64,000 bases of DNA, taken from Eledone cirrhosa (taxonomy: Eukaryota). Both the position numbers and the translations under genes were made by a program. The notes beneath the pieces were generated by a model. That model saw only the letters and a list, made by a program, of their open reading frames with translations, was not told the origin of the DNA and did not search any database. Below are positions 27,910-42,630 of this stretch, in pieces. How positions within the stretch are numbered: the first letter of the stretch is position 1; every line of letters starts with the position of its first letter. Location of the stretch: positions 256,618,001-256,682,000 of the forward strand of contig OZ024742.1 in the NCBI GenBank assembly GCA_964016885.1, written 5' to 3'.

Positions 27910-29619
27910 GGGGTATTGATAAGTATGTATATAAATCACTCTTAGTGATTGTTGTGAAAATACTTTTAAGGCATAGGAATTACGATCGTAATGTTGTGGC
28001 AAGTAGTTCTCTTCAACAAAAAATCTTTATACGTTCCTCGAATCAACTCGGCCGCTTCAACTGGACTTATCCAGACGACGGACTGGCGTTCTGAATACTC
28101 TTGTACTCCTAGTCGGTTAATGCCAATGTAAAGGAAATAAACGCCAAGTGTGGTACAGTCATTAACTTTGTGTAATATATCCGGTCCTGCAATGTGCATT
28201 TTGAGATAAATTCCCATCTTTATCCAGGGTTTGCGACTAACGGATATCATCAGCAATGGATATGAGAATGGTAACAAAATTCCCTTGGTCCGTTGTTTTA
28301 AAAGATTCTTGTCCATATGTTATTCAAATTAAATGAGGAATAATTTGCCTATAATATATTTCTTTCCTAAAATTGTGATTTTATATTTGATTTAAGGGGA
28401 TGTATTTTAGAGTGGAATTACATTAAATCTTAAATGTTGTAATCATAGATATTCGAAGTCGTAAAATGTTTATAAAAATTAATTTTGAACATATAAATAA
28501 CATGGTTGAAAATAATATGTAATCTCTCTATTCTGTATGTGTTATATAAATACAATTATTTTGAAGAATGAGATTTATGATTATATACATGCATAGTAAA
28601 AATATCAAAGAGTAAGAGCAGTCAGGCCATAGGACGAGTTAAGAATAAATTGGTACGTCACTGACACCTAGATGTACTTAAGATTCGTTGCATTATACAC
28701 CTCAACTCATTCATCCTGTTATTAAGAAAAACAGATGGTTACGCCAACAGTTGATTGAAGGAATTTAGAAATTATACAAGAGCACTCCAAGGGCAGGTAA
28801 TCTCGATATTAAGTACAAATAAAGAAAATTATTAGACAGGTTAATGGAGGTAACTACAAAAAAAAAAAGGATATATGAAGGGAACGTATGCTAATTTAGT
28901 AATTCCAAGAAATCAATTTCCTTGAAATTCGAAATCAAGGAATCTGATTGATAGTATGCTAATTTAGTAATTCAAAGAAAATATATTCCCTGTAATTCAA
29001 ATTGCTTCGTCTGGTCTATATAATTTTCTCAGAAGGAATGTACAGATACTGAAACAGACAAGGTGGTTACTTAAACTGTGTTTCTCTGAAACCAGTTGTG
29101 AGAGTATATTCCACTTTTCTGAGATACATAGCCGGTAAAATTGGTTGTTTATAGAAGCAACTCTGTAAGCTTTAGTGACATATTAGTCCTTCCTTACAGA
29201 ATTGGCCGAAGAAGAATGCACCCAAATTTTAACCAGCACATTTTAAAATTACAAAGAGGATACCTTTTTTAAAGGAGCATTATTGTATGATAACTGCTTG
29301 ATAGCGGCTTGAAATTCATTCAAAGTTGGATTGAAGGCTAATTCATGTATCACTGGCCGTTGTGGAATAGATGAAACTACAGCTTCAGCCAAGTTTGAGT
29401 CAGCATTTTGGAACTTTTCAAGGTGTTCCTTCTATTTCGAAAATATATCAGCTTAGAACGTGTATGAAATTGTACTATCAGAATATAGAACTAAACTTGA
29501 ACTGCTCTCCCTCATTCACCAAAGGGTTCAGAGCGTTGGCCATTTGATATAATTGAATCTTTCATTTTATTAAGGCCAAATAGTGAGTCTTATTACAATG
29601 GGGTTTCGCCTGTTTATCA

Positions 29620-30790
29620 CGGGGTCATCAGATAAGATCTTACATTTCAAAACGAGACACAGTTTAAATAAAGGAAGACGCATTTTCGCCCAAGATACAT
29701 CACAAACGAGCAAATAGCCATACTGCCTGGGAGTATTTCCAAGACGTTTATTCCTCTTTTGTCGACTTTGAAAATCCATGTGATGTCAGTACCGACTGTG
29801 GGAGATTCTACAGGAGTATCGGATCGTTGGTCAGTTTGTTGAACTGATGTTTCAATACGAATGCCCGAATAATTGTGTTCGGATAAAAGGTGCTAAATCG
29901 GAGTCATTCAATGCGGCATTCGAACTCCAACATAAGAGCACACACTCACTTCTACTGTTCATTAATTTTATTAACAGGTTTGACACGCGCAGCTGGGTTG
30001 TAAGTGGTATCATGACTGTCGAGTGCAAAATTAGTCGACTGCAGTTTGCAGAATATATGGTGTTTCTTAATTCGATAGGTGATACCGACTTGCACTTCGT
30101 AGTTTTGATGCCGATTAATGCATGGCTGGAATGAAAATCACTGCTGTAAAAACTCAGACATTCACCCTCCCAATGATGTCTGCGCAGTTCACTCAACATG
30201 TGAATGGTGTTCCACTAAAGCAAGTGAAGAAGTTCAAATATTTATGAGCTGTGTTAACGAGTGATGGAAGGAAGGACACTGAAATCAATGCAAGAATTGC
30301 AGGAGTTGTTGCATTAATGCGGCAGCTTCCACATTCGGTATTCGTGCCAAATCTTTCCCATGGTCATGAATCTTGCATAATAACTTAATGAATACGATAG
30401 CGAATACAAGCGGCCGAAACAAATTTCTTCCGAGAAGTCTTTGGAGGAACGTTACTGGCTAGAGTGCGTAGATCGGAGATCAGGGAGTCACTCCAGGTAG
30501 AGCCACTACAACTCCGAATTAAGAGATCACAGCTCAGATAATATGGGCATGTGGTTAAAATGTCTCAGGAAAGAATCACTAGACTGATATTACGGGCAAA
30601 ACAAACTGCCAGGAGACCCAGGAGTAGACCCCTAGCAAGATGGTTGGATAACATCCAAGAGCTTGGCTGGTATCGCTTGGGGATCCAGCCGGATCAGTAG
30701 GAGACGGTTGTTTCTGAGAGGACCTGCTGGATGGAGTGTTTGAGCACTCTGTCTCTACGATCACCCCAGGAATAAGTGGGCAGAGAAAAA
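29620..30790 (+). mobile_element. Decayed RTE-clade (Rex3/Expander-like) LINE, 3' half
   Basis: FVDFE..LWEILQEY..CVRIKGAKSESF..LLLFINF..SRLQFAE, KFKYL, GHESC, RPRSRP remnants. Confidence 0.75.
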
Positions 30791-31199
30791 ATACTTAAGT
30801 TGGGGAGGAGTGTTTTAAATGAGGAGGCGTGATTAAAATAGGGGGGACAAGGTAGTGGTGGGAATGGGCGGATGATATGAGGGTTTTATGAAAATGATAA
30901 TGGTTGATAATGGACATAGCCATAAACGTTTAAATGGTCAGTGGGAGTCAGTTGACTTAAGAAAGGGGAAGGTGGCGGTATCACTAGACAAGGGAGAGGC
31001 TAGCAAAAGATATAAATAGATTGGCTTAGAGACCCGGCCACCGGCCAAACGTCAACGACTATGGCACTGCTGGCTCCCCCTTCCCCACCAACAATAGAAC
31101 AAGCCCAAGCACCACCACCGACATAGCCAACAACAATAACAGGCAACTTCAGCAAAAAAGTATATTATATTATTAATAATTTCGTTCTTAAGCCACGCA

Positions 31200-34100
31200 A
31201 TGCTCACATTAAGGAACCACTCATGATAATAACAATTAAACAAAACAACAAAAAAGAAAACCCCGTGACCAAGAAATACCGGGATGGCGGCCGGTGAGGA
31301 ATAGCCGTGTTTCTAGTGGAGGACGACCCCTCTAGTCTTGGTTGACACTCGTCCTAGAAGTGGTAACACGAAATGATTACCCCTTGGCGGATAAGGATAA
31401 AACGCGACAAAATAAAGTAAATGTCTAATGATAAAATCACATACCGGATCGGCCGCCACCCGGGTCAAAAAGGGCCGCATCCCTCAGAGAGGAACCAGAC
31501 TGGGGTCGAAAAATCAGCTAATGGTTCAAACCTTCCCATCACTTCGGAGCTGGAGACCTCCCATAACCGGAATACTCCTACTGTTGGCCCTCCATGCTCA
31601 CCACCAAGAAATCCAAAGAAAAAGAGAGAAAAATGGTCAAGGGAAGATAATAAAGAAGTCCTTGAGGCTTTCTACACTGCCATGTACTACCCATCAAATA
31701 CATCGAATAGAGAACAGACATATATCAACTGGAAAAAGAAACATCGCGAAAACAGAGGCTATATTGACAGTAACAAACTAGCCAATATACCAAGAAATAT
31801 TGTTAAAATAAGTTACTAACTGATATAGAAAGTGATCAGATCAAGCTATTAGCACAAAGTCAGCGAAGCGAAAATGAAACATATGTCAGTGAAAACGAGG
31901 TAAATTGTAACACTTCGAATCCCAGGGTTGGGGCGGAATCACTGACAACAGAACAAATTAAAGAAAGGATCGAAAAAGTGGAGGGAGTGCATACTCAAGA
32001 TGAAACTCAAAATGAAAACAATGAGATCGTAAATGATAAAGAAATGAATGAGAATGAACTTGCCAACTTGAAGGATGAAATTATGATCGAATGGATGAAA
32101 ATGAAAGAATCTGACATTTGGGAACGAGACACGCTCCCTAAGATCCAGAACTGCAAACAGAACCAAAAGATAATACACAAGACTAACATAATTCTCAAAA
32201 ACATTATCATCACAAACAAACTAAACATTACTGATTTAAATCATCTCTATTATGCATCGGCTAAAGTCACCACTCACTTATGTGGAGTGAAGATGAAAAA
32301 ACAAAGGAATTCCCACAAGAAATCTACTTGACAAGAGAACATCAATCGTCAAATAAACCTTCTCCGATCTGACATAGAAATGTTAACAAACTATAAAGTA
32401 GGTGAACATGTTAAACAAACTAAACTCATTGTAGACTAAAGTCAACAATAACTTCTAAATCAATACCACCCAAGGAGGAAGTGCAAGAAATCTGGGAAAA
32501 GATCTGGGCCGAAGAAAAAGTCCATAATATACATGTCCCATGGATAGACAGACAAATGAAAGATACAGCTCAACTTGAGGAACAAATATGGGAAACATAA
32601 CAGTTGAACAGTTGCGTTTGGCTCTAAGAAAAACCAGCAAATGGAAATCCCCATGAAAAGACAAAATACAACATTTTTGGATAAATGCCTTCACAGAGTC
32701 TCATGAGCTGTTAGCACAACTTTACAATGAAATAGTTAAGGAGTGAGAAAAGATACCATCATGGCTAGTTAACGTCATTACATTCCTGCTTCCGAAGAAT
32801 GATGAGACAAACAATCCCCAAAATTACAGACCGATAACTTGCTTGACCACAATGTATAACATTTTAACATCAGTCCTAACTGAATATACATATGACCACC
32901 TGATAAGAAATGACCTATTTCCCATTGAGCAGAAAGGGTGTAAACGAGGCTCATATGGCTGTAAGGATCAGCTTTTGGTTAACAAAATGATACTAGAAGA
33001 TTGTCATAATAGACACAAAATACTATCAATTGCTTGGATAGATTATAAAAAAGCATTCGATAGTTTGCCACACAGTTGGATTGAAAAATGTTTAGAGATT
33101 TTCAAAAATCTCCCGTTGTCAGGAGGTTCTTGTCATTCAGTATGAAGACATGGAAAACGACACTCCTTTTGAATAGTGAAACAAAATCACTGGAAGCTGG
33201 AGAAGTTAATATTAATTGTGGAATTTTTCAGGTTGAGTCTTTATCACCGCTTTTATTCTCAATCGCACTTATACCATTAAGTAAAATGTTCAATGAAACA
33301 AAACATGGATATAAAGTCTATGACAAAACCATTAATCACTTGTTCTACATGGATGACCTGAACCTTTTTGCAAAAAATGATGAACAATTGCAAGGGCTAT
33401 TATCCACTGTGTAGCAGTTCAGTGATGACGTTAAAATGGAGTTTGGACTAGATAAATGCGCCAAAGCAACGTTCACCAGAGGAAAGCTGCTGAAAAGTTC
33501 TGACATTAATCTTGATCGGGGGAATGTGATAAGAGATCTTGATCAAGAGGAAACTTACAAATATCTAGGTGTTTGTGAACGAGACGGAATCAAGCACTCG
33601 ACAATGACGGAAAGGATAAGGAAAGAATGTTACCTCAGAATATGAGCAATCTTAAGAACGAAATTTAATGCAAGGAATAGGATCGATGCCATATACACGC
33701 TTGCCATACCAGTAGTAACCTACAGTTCCAGTGTCATCAACTGGTCAAGCACAGAGATCGTATGCTCAATACAAAAAGTAGAAAGTTCTTAACCATGCAC
33801 AGAATGCATCACCCTAAGGCAGATACAGATAGAATATATCTCCCTAGGAAAGAAGGAGGACGTGGGTTAATCCAGTTAGATATTGCGTTGAAAACTGCAA
33901 CAATTAAACTATCTACATATCTAAGGGAATCACATGTTGGATGATCAAACTCGTTTTGAAACACGAAAGCATCAAAAGATCATACTCCATTACAAAAGAT
34001 GCACTAAGATACAGTAATGAACTACAAATTTCAGAGGTCCCATTTACTGCTGAAATGGAAAATACAGAAAAGGCAAAGCAGGCAAAAGTAACTGCAAAGA

Positions 34101-35000
34101 AAGAACTGCTATGGGAACTGGCTAAGAAATGGCAAGAAAAGCCTCAGTATGGAAAATACCCAGAAAGAGCTAACAATCCTGATGTTGACAAAGCTTTAAC
34201 CCATAAGTGGTTGGCACCCTCTGGACTGAAATTGGAGACTGAAGGACTGATTATATACGCTCAAGATCAGTGTCTGTCAACAAAAAATTTCCAAGCCAAC
34301 ATAATAAAAAATGGATGCAACCCATTATGCCGTGTATGTAAAAAACAACCAGAGACCATTGATCATATACTTTCAATGTGCAGTCCTATAGCTCCAACCG
34401 AATACCTAAACAGGCATGACAGAGCTGCCCAATACATACATTGGATAATGTGTAAGCATTTTGACCTGTCCCAACTTGAAAAAGATCGCATCTCAATCTT
34501 GTGGAACTTTAGCATTCAAATAGACCGAAAAATAGATGCAAATAGACCTGATATAATACTGAAGGACTTTAAAAAGAGGGTATGCCTGCTAATTGATATG
34601 TCCGTTCCAATAGACAAGAATGTATCTATAAAAACATTTGAAAAATTGAGCAAGTATAAGGACCTGGAGATAGAAATTAGAAAAATGTGGAAATTGAGAA
34701 CTAAAACAATACCAGTGGTTGTGGGCGCTCTCGGAATGATACCTAGGGGGTCTAATGATTACTTATCGCAAATCCCAGGAGACCCGCGTATAGGAGAAAT
34801 ACAAAAGATAGTACTAATGGGAACTGCCCATAAACTAAGGAAGATTCTGTCAATATAATTACATCACAAGTCTAAACACCTAAAGATGCATGTGTGTGTA
34901 TGTATGTTCTTTCTTGAACATGGCGGACCTTGTTGTCTCTTGAGGTCACTGGTTGTGACTTGGTGATAACTCGTATGAACATAAAGCAAGATAAATGCAA
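31200..35000 (+). mobile_element. Near full-length R4/Dong-like non-LTR retrotransposon (RT + CCHC + restriction-like endonuclease), disrupted
   Basis: N-terminal KWSREDNKEVLEAFY, RT EQKGC..CKDQLL..WIDYKKAFDS..GIFQ..LSPLLF..HLFYMDDL, CRVC..ETIDHILSMC, RHD, NRPDII..LIDMSVP..EKLSKY. TAA-rich flanks. Confidence 0.9.
31421..34858 (+). pseudogene. Frameshifted ORF of the R4/Dong-like element
   Basis: Collinear ORF pieces at 31421, 31978, 32843, 33088, 33436, 33762 and 33941-34858. Confidence 0.88.
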
Positions 35001-35029
35001 ATATAATAATCATAATAATAAACACCATA

Positions 35030-35400
35030 TTTACAAAGAGGAGGCTAGCAAACACCATGTTTACAAGGAGGAGCCTAGCCCACGGTGTAGGATCTGTGGA
35101 GAGAGAGAGGAGACTGTGGCTCACATTGTATCCGAGTGTAAACACCTAGCCCAGACTCACTATAAAGGCTGGAGACATGATGTAATGGGTAGGGTGATCC
35201 ACTGGAACCTATGCAAAGTAAACAATTTACCACATTCTGAGAAGTGGTATGAGCATAAGCCAGAGTAGGTGATAGAAACGATCAGGTGAAGGTGCTGTGG
35301 GATTTTAGGGTACATACGGACAAGAAACTGGAACACAATAGACCTGACCTGGTGGTTCTGGACAAAGGGAAAAAGATCGTACCTGATTGTGGATGTAGCC

Positions 35401-35404
<4 letters not shown>
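35030..35404 (+). mobile_element. Fragment of a second R4-like family (CCHC + RLE)
   Basis: [52 protein letters not shown]. Confidence 0.85.
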
Positions 35405-35471
<67 letters not shown>

Positions 35472-35482
35472 ATTCAAGTTGG

Positions 35483-35546
<64 letters not shown>

Positions 35547-35633
35547 ATAAATTAAAAATTAGCTTTGCCATATCTGTATAAATAAATGTATGTTAATTTC
35601 GTATATCTAAGTATATACGGTATGTTTAATAAA

Positions 35634-35810
35634 TAATTGTTTCTACTTTTGGCACAAGGCCAGCAATTAACCAGTACATTACTGGTACTTTATTTTATAG
35701 ACCCCGTAAGGATGAAAAGCAAAGTTGACCTCGGCGGGATTTGAACTCAGAATGGAAAGGGCCGTAATTCTATGCGTCAAAGCATGACCTCCGAGCCTCT
35801 ACCGATACTG
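35634..35810 (-). mobile_element. SINE family A
   Basis: Reverse complement of the 6216-6407 consensus. Confidence 0.85.
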
Positions 35811-35823
35811 TATATTTTTGCCT

Positions 35824-36023
35824 GATTCAAGTTCCAGCAGATAGCAATGGAAGGCAATGTCCTGATGCGAGCCAATACATCGAAATGCACAGACAGTTGT
35901 ACCCCGTCATACTTTCAATATTCGTAATTGGACCTATCAAAATTTTAATTTATCAAACGTACCGTACATCTTTCGATATATGAAATTCACACACACACAC
36001 ACACACACATGTATATATATATA

Positions 36024-36060
<37 letters not shown>

Positions 36061-36365
36061 CTATGCAGAACGTAAATTCTAATTTTAATTTTAAGTTGAA
36101 CCAACTTATACAGCTTCATATAGAAATGAGTTTAATTAGCTAACCTACACAAGCGATAAAACTATACATGTTCGACCCTATTCAAGTTCCAGTCGAGAGC
36201 AAGGGAAGGCACTGCCTTGATGAGATCCAGTAGCTTGAAATGCTTAGAATCAGATAGACGGCGCCAACGGTAAGCCTTTCAATTTTCATAGCTGGGTTTT
36301 CAAAATGTTTTATTTATTTATTAAACATACACTATATCTTTAGATATACGAAATTAATATACATA
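35824..36365 (+). repeat. Two diverged tandem copies of a pseudo-LTR with degenerate HHRs (35858-35896, 36212-36261)
   Basis: ATTCAAGTTCCAG..GAAGGCA repeated. TGTC-CTGATGC-GAGC..GAAATGCACA-GACA and TTGATGA-GATC..GCTT-GAAA. Confidence 0.6.
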
Positions 36366-36598
36366 CTATTTTTTTTTACACTTATATATATATAATTGGA
36401 AAAATAATTAGGTTAAAAGAGCGATTATTACAAGGCAGCGTCTTTACCATTTATAATAGTCATGGAATAAAAGTGCGAATATTCCCTGCAAGCTCACAGA
36501 AATATTTGACAGTTATTCTAGATTGCTTTCTCCTCGTTCAGAGACAAATGTGATATTTCTCAGGTTGAGGCACACAACACCCCGCATAAGCGTGCTAT

Positions 36599-36735
<137 letters not shown>

Positions 36736-36748
36736 ATATATTTATGTG

Positions 36749-36779
<31 letters not shown>

Positions 36780-37281
36780 TTATATTCTCACATATATATG
36801 TGAGTGTGTCCCTCTGTGTGTGTGTGAGTGACTTTTGAGAGAGAAGGCTGTCCAAGTAACTAGCTTTAATTTTAATCAGGTTAAAACCGGCACTGTATGC
36901 ATATCTTTTACATTGTTGGCCTCGATGAAACAGGTTATTTTCCTAAAGAGTTAAGCCTACCCATCTGATAGTGTCATGTATTTCAACTGCATATGCTTTT
37001 CTTAATCGATATATGAATTGCATTTATATATAAGTTGAAGAAAATATGATTAATATGTGATATGCATAAGAAAGGGAATGGAAACATTTTGTATTTCTGA
37101 TTGGTTAACAAAAATAATAGAAAATATTAAATATATAAATAAAGTGTATATCCATATATTTCTTCGTATTCTTGTCCAAACAATGAAAATACGGATAGCG
37201 TAACGTTTTTGAAATTTCAATGTATTGCTATTGTTGCAATGGAAGTTTAGAACGATATATAACAATAAAAGATTGCAGTAG

Positions 37282-37410
<129 letters not shown>

Positions 37411-37970
37411 CGTGTGTGTGTGTGCGTGCGTGTGTGTGTGTTTATGTGTGTGTGTGATTGTGTGTGTGTGCGTCAGTGTGTATATGTGACTATACATGTA
37501 TGTATATATAACATTGAACCCCCACCATAAGAACGCAAGAAATACCAATATCTCTAGTGTGTTTGGAGCAATACAGCTACAGCAGACATAAAAATGGCAA
37601 GAATATGTTTTCGTTTGGAACTAATATATCCGCCGCAAGCTGTTTAGCAACAACAGCAACGTGTGTGTAGCTTCTAATGCGATTGCTATTCCTCCTGTCA
37701 TATCAATAGAACATTTCATAAATAAAAGAAAAAAAAAGAAAATGTAATATAATAATAATTCCTTCATGCTTTAAGTTTAAATTGAATTTTATAGATATCG
37801 CTGGTTTCCGTTTATGGTAGTAAATGGAAGAATATATAAGTATTGGGAAAAACAACACAGAAATATTTATCAGAAAATAATCAAAATAATATGAATCACA
37901 TAGAGGAAATACGTGACTACTATGACAAAGGTAAGCCTCCGATGTATATGAATACATATATATGTGTGTA

Positions 37971-38036
<66 letters not shown>

Positions 38037-38398
38037 TATATATATTTATGAATACATGTATATTTATATATGTATATATATAACATAAATCATGTCCTTA
38101 GAATTATTAGATAAAATATATACCATTTCCTCTCCCAATTAGCATAATTAACCATATAAAAAATCAATTAGACCAGGCTATAAGAATAAAGGCTCCTATG
38201 AAGAAATATTTGATAATTAACCGAAAGCGGCCTCTTCAAGGTTGACCACAATAGAGTATTTACCCAACATTTCAACAGCATATAGAAACTGACTAAATAT
38301 ACCGTCAACCATACACAATTAGGTGTATATTCAAACTTAGAAGAAACGTGTACATAACGATTTATGATCTATTGCTCTGATTATTTAATTTATTTATT

Positions 38399-38508
38399 AA
38401 ATCCCGCCGAGGTTAACTTTGTCTTTCATCCTTACGGGGTCGATAAAATAAAGTACCAGTAATGAACTGTTTAATTGCTGGCCTTGTGCCTAAAGTAGAA
38501 ACAATTAT
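38399..38508 (+). mobile_element. SINE family A, 5' truncated
   Basis: Family A core and tail. Confidence 0.85.
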
Positions 38509-38586
38509 TTAATTTATTAATTCTTCATTGAGCCACATCGTGACCGGTTGCCACATATATATCTGTGACTTTATGTATATGTAAAT

Positions 38587-38654
<68 letters not shown>

Positions 38655-38766
38655 GAATGTATATGTATATAGTAGTATATATACCTATATACATATATAT
38701 ATATAATATATGTATATATATATATAAATGTATATATATATATATATGTATATATATTTATATATG

Positions 38767-38829
<63 letters not shown>

Positions 38830-38876
38830 ATGTGTGTGTGTGTATTTTTATAGATATATATATGTATATATATATA

Positions 38877-38987
<111 letters not shown>

Positions 38988-39039
38988 CGTATATGTATAT
39001 AGTATGACCGAATTAGCAGCGGGGGTGGGTGTTCGGAAA

Positions 39040-39860
39040 GTACAATAACTAGGGTACGAACGGGATGGAAGTTCAGGGAGTTACTGCACTGTTAGCTGCA
39101 AAAGGCTTTTCCCTCAAAATGAAAGGCTGTCTGTATGATGCCTGTATACGAACAGTAATGTTACATGGTAGTGAGACCTGGGCGATGTCTGTGGAAGACT
39201 TGCGTAGATTAGAAAGAAACGAAGCCTGCATGCTCCGATTGGTGTGTAATAGTAATATACGCAAACTTCTAAGCATAAATGAATTGAGAGAGAGACTGAG
39301 CATAAGAGGAATCAAATGCTGTGTGCAGTGGAGGCGGTTGCGTTGGTATGAACATGTCAGGCGTATGAAAGATGACAACTGAATAAAAGGTGCAGAGTAG
39401 TAGAAGTCGATGGAAACCGCAGAGTGGGGAGACCCAAGAGGGTCATGGGATGAGCTGATAAAAAGCCGACCTTACCCATTTACACCTCTCAAAGGCGATG
39501 TCACACGACAGTAATACAGAAGACCCGACCCCCACGGGTACAAGCCGAAGCTGAAGCATATAGACAATATGGCCCCACACCCTCCCACTGCAAAGTGGCC
39601 GTGGAGGTGCCACGGCAAAATGGCACCCAGCCGACACTGTAAAGTGGACATGTAGGCGCCACGGAAAAAAGCACCCAGCACTCACTGTAAATGAGGTTGC
39701 TATTACGAAGGGCATCCAGCTGTATAAATCAAGCCAGAATCAGTTCCCGTATGAGCAAGACAAGATCAGTCGACCGGACACTGCCAACAATAGGACAGCC
39801 CGTCTAACCCATGCTAACGTGGAAGAACGGACGTAAGACGGTGATGATGATGTTGATGAT
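39040..39860 (+). mobile_element. RTE-clade LINE 3' fragment with 3' UTR and (GAT)n tail
   Basis: KGCLYDACIRTVMLHGSETW..RLERNE..RRLRWYEHVRRM, GRP motif. Confidence 0.8.
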
Positions 39861-39911
39861 ATAGTTAGATAGATACGTACATATACAATGTAACAATGAT
39901 GATGAAGATAA

Positions 39912-40102
39912 TAATTGTTTCTACTTTAGGCACAAGGCCAGCAATTACCCAGTGCATTACTGCTACTTTATTTTATCGACCCCGTAAGGATGAAAGGCAA
40001 AGTCAACTTCGGCGGGATTTGAACTCAGATCGTAAAGGGACGTAACTATGCTGGAAAGCATGGCGTCCGACCCTCCACCGATACTGCCAATCCACCGCCC
40101 TT
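39912..40102 (-). mobile_element. SINE family A (full length)
   Basis: Close reverse complement of 6216-6407. Confidence 0.9.
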
Positions 40103-40356
40103 ATGATGAAGATAATAATAACAATAATAATAATAATTATTATTATTATAATTTGCCACACACTCATGAGATAGAGAAGCCATGAATTATACATGCTATA
40201 TCATTAAAGTTGGGGTTTACATGCAATGGCTAGCAAATTAGTTATACATGTTATCAAATTATATAAGTCACTCAGTCATCCTGTTATACAGCTGATTTCC
40301 TAAACCATTTCTTCTTTTTCTTCAGCTTCTTCTTCTTCTTCTTCTTCTTCTTCTGG

Positions 40357-40388
<32 letters not shown>

Positions 40389-40759
40389 GCGTATGAGTTC
40401 GTGTCAGGTTGTTGTCGTCCGACAGATCATGATCAGTGTTCAGTTATGTGTTTAAAGTGGCCACCGCAAGGATGCCCACAATCATGGGTCCTATACATAA
40501 GACTAATTTTGGGACTCTAAACATCGAGAATGAATTTTACTATGTAGGTTGTGTGCACTATTCTAATTATATGTGGTCAACACAGAGGCACAAGCTGAGT
40601 GTAAGCTCATTTCCTCAGTAACAGAAATGTTGTTAAATTTAGAAGAGGAGAGCATGAAAATCTTTCTTTCACCTTTCATTCACATTGGAACATGAGTATT
40701 TCATGAGAACTTGGGCGTATAACAATCTGTTTATATACAATAGTAATAATAATAAATCG

Positions 40760-40950
40760 ATTTCTATTACAGATACAAGGCCAGCAATTTGTTGGAAATT
40801 GAAAGTCAACTAAATCGACTCTAATGCATTACTGGTACTTCAGTTTATCGACCTCGTAAGAATGAAAGGCAAAGCTGAACTTGGCGGCATTTTTACTCAG
40901 AACGTAAAGCGCCGTAACTCTATACTTCTAAGTATGGTGTCCAGCGCTCA
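40760..40950 (-). mobile_element. SINE family A-related, diverged
   Basis: TTACTGGTACTT..TTTATCGACCTCGTAAGAATGAAAGGCAAAG. Confidence 0.75.
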
Positions 40951-40954
40951 ACCA

Positions 40955-41850
40955 GGAAGGACCTGACCCCTCTGCTGCCTGCCCTGCTCCTGGTAGCAGC
41001 CGACCCAGCGTCTGAAGGAGGAAGGCCTTCTACTTTGCTCTCTTCTTAGGGAAAAAGTCACTGAGGTGAGCCTTTAACCCACAGAGATAACATTTTGGGC
41101 GCATTCCTTCCGCGCTTAAAGGGAATTGATCTCCTTCTGTGATGTCTATGACGTCTGGGTTAGCTTCGATACATTTCTGGTCGATTTGTTTTACCATTTG
41201 CATTCCAATACCTGTCCAGTTCTCCCTCCCTATCCTTGTCGTGTGGTCATCCTGATCTCGATTCCGGCGAGGACCGACGCGGCCAGGCAAGTTATTTGAA
41301 CCTCACAATCTTCTGCCTGGAGTAGGAGGGCACCAACACCATCTCTTCAATCTTTATGGTTGCAAAGGAATGAGACTTCACCTCTTCTGGATGGCAAAAA
41401 CATATCAACGGGGGCATATATTTTGCCTCGAGTGATGTGGGTTTTTCCTTGCCCACACATTGGATGGAGGTTTCAGGGAGACTGAATTTGATGTTTTAGT
41501 CACCATGGTATTTGCGGCAGCCATCTCCTCCTCCTGGACTATCACAATCTCTATATTTCTGGCCACCCCTGTAAAAGAAATAGTCACTTTTTCAGCGGAA
41601 CCATTGCTGCTGCCGCTACTGCTGCTGCCGCTACTGCTGCTAATGTTCTTGTTGAGGTTGCTGCTGCAACTGCTTCTACTAATGTTGCTGTTGGGCCTGT
41701 TGCTGCTGCTACTGCTGCTACCAATGGCTCTGCTGCTGCTGCTGCTGTTATTGTTTTAAGAATTTTAGTTGGTCGACTCTATAGATAGCTCATCATTTTC
41801 CTTTTTGCGGACGCAATATTTTTGTCCACCATCTTAATTTTCGTAAAAAA
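40955..41850 (-). mobile_element. Possible L1/Tx1-like ORF1 remnant with zinc knuckle and (CAG)n tract
   Basis: EGMRPKCYLCGLKAHLSDFFP, a degenerate CX2CX4HX4C. Confidence 0.4.
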
Positions 41851-41884
41851 TTGAGGGGCCTGTTTCAAAAACAAACAAGGATTT

Positions 41885-42170
41885 GGCACCTAAGGGCTTT
41901 AGAAAATATCAAGATCTACTTATTGAAATGGAAAAAAACGTAGCAACTCGAGGCCGTTACAATACCAGTGAATGTAGGAGCACTGGGAACGATCAAGAAA
42001 GGAATAAACAGTATTCGCGAATGATTCCTGGTTTGCCCTCTCTGCAAAATGTGCCAAAAATTGTTTTGAGTGGTAGTGCACATGTATTGAGAAGAACACT
42101 ATCCCTGTGAGAATGATACCCACCCCCGTGTGAATGTGTGTAGAGCACTATCTCTGTAAGATTGATAAGC
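41885..42170 (+). mobile_element. R4-like extreme 3' fragment (third family)
   Basis: KYQDLLIEMEK..IPGLPSLQNVPKIVLSGSAHVLRRTLSL, parallel to the end of ORF 33941-34858. Confidence 0.75.
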
Positions 42171-42199
42171 TGTAAATTATATTCAATGCGGTGTATTAA

Positions 42200-42260
<61 letters not shown>

Positions 42261-42595
42261 TACATGGTGGAGAGTGAAAATATACTCACGCTTGTATAGA
42301 AACATATGATGGGAGGCGGAAAAGGAAAGAAAGAAAGGTGCTGAATAGCGAAACAGATTTCATATTGCCTTGAATTTCTTCAGATACAACAATCCAATAG
42401 CAGGTCAAGAGATCAATGGAGAGATTCAAGGAATGGTCATTGTACACACACACACATACACACACCACACACACATACATGCACGCACACACACGCACAC
42501 AAACAGACATTAACACACACACACACAAGCTTATAACCAAAGAAAGAACACTGTTCAAAGAGAGTCCCTAGTCTATCCCCTGAACAAATCTAACC

Positions 42596-42630
<35 letters not shown>

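Noticed and set aside
28170-28260. Minus-strand CTGATGA followed by a TATCCG/CGGATA stem
   Set aside because: No GAAA or stem I partner, so not called as an HHR.
31286-31460. HDV-like ribozyme from the GGCGGCC/GGCCGCC pairing
   Set aside because: No P3, P1.1 GG or J4/2 in the required order.
38120-38248. Minus-strand TTGAAGA-GGCC HHR-like start
   Set aside because: No correctly placed GAAA or cleavage triplet.
41460-41759. Poly-Leu membrane protein ORF
   Set aside because: Translation of a degenerate (CTG)n tract.
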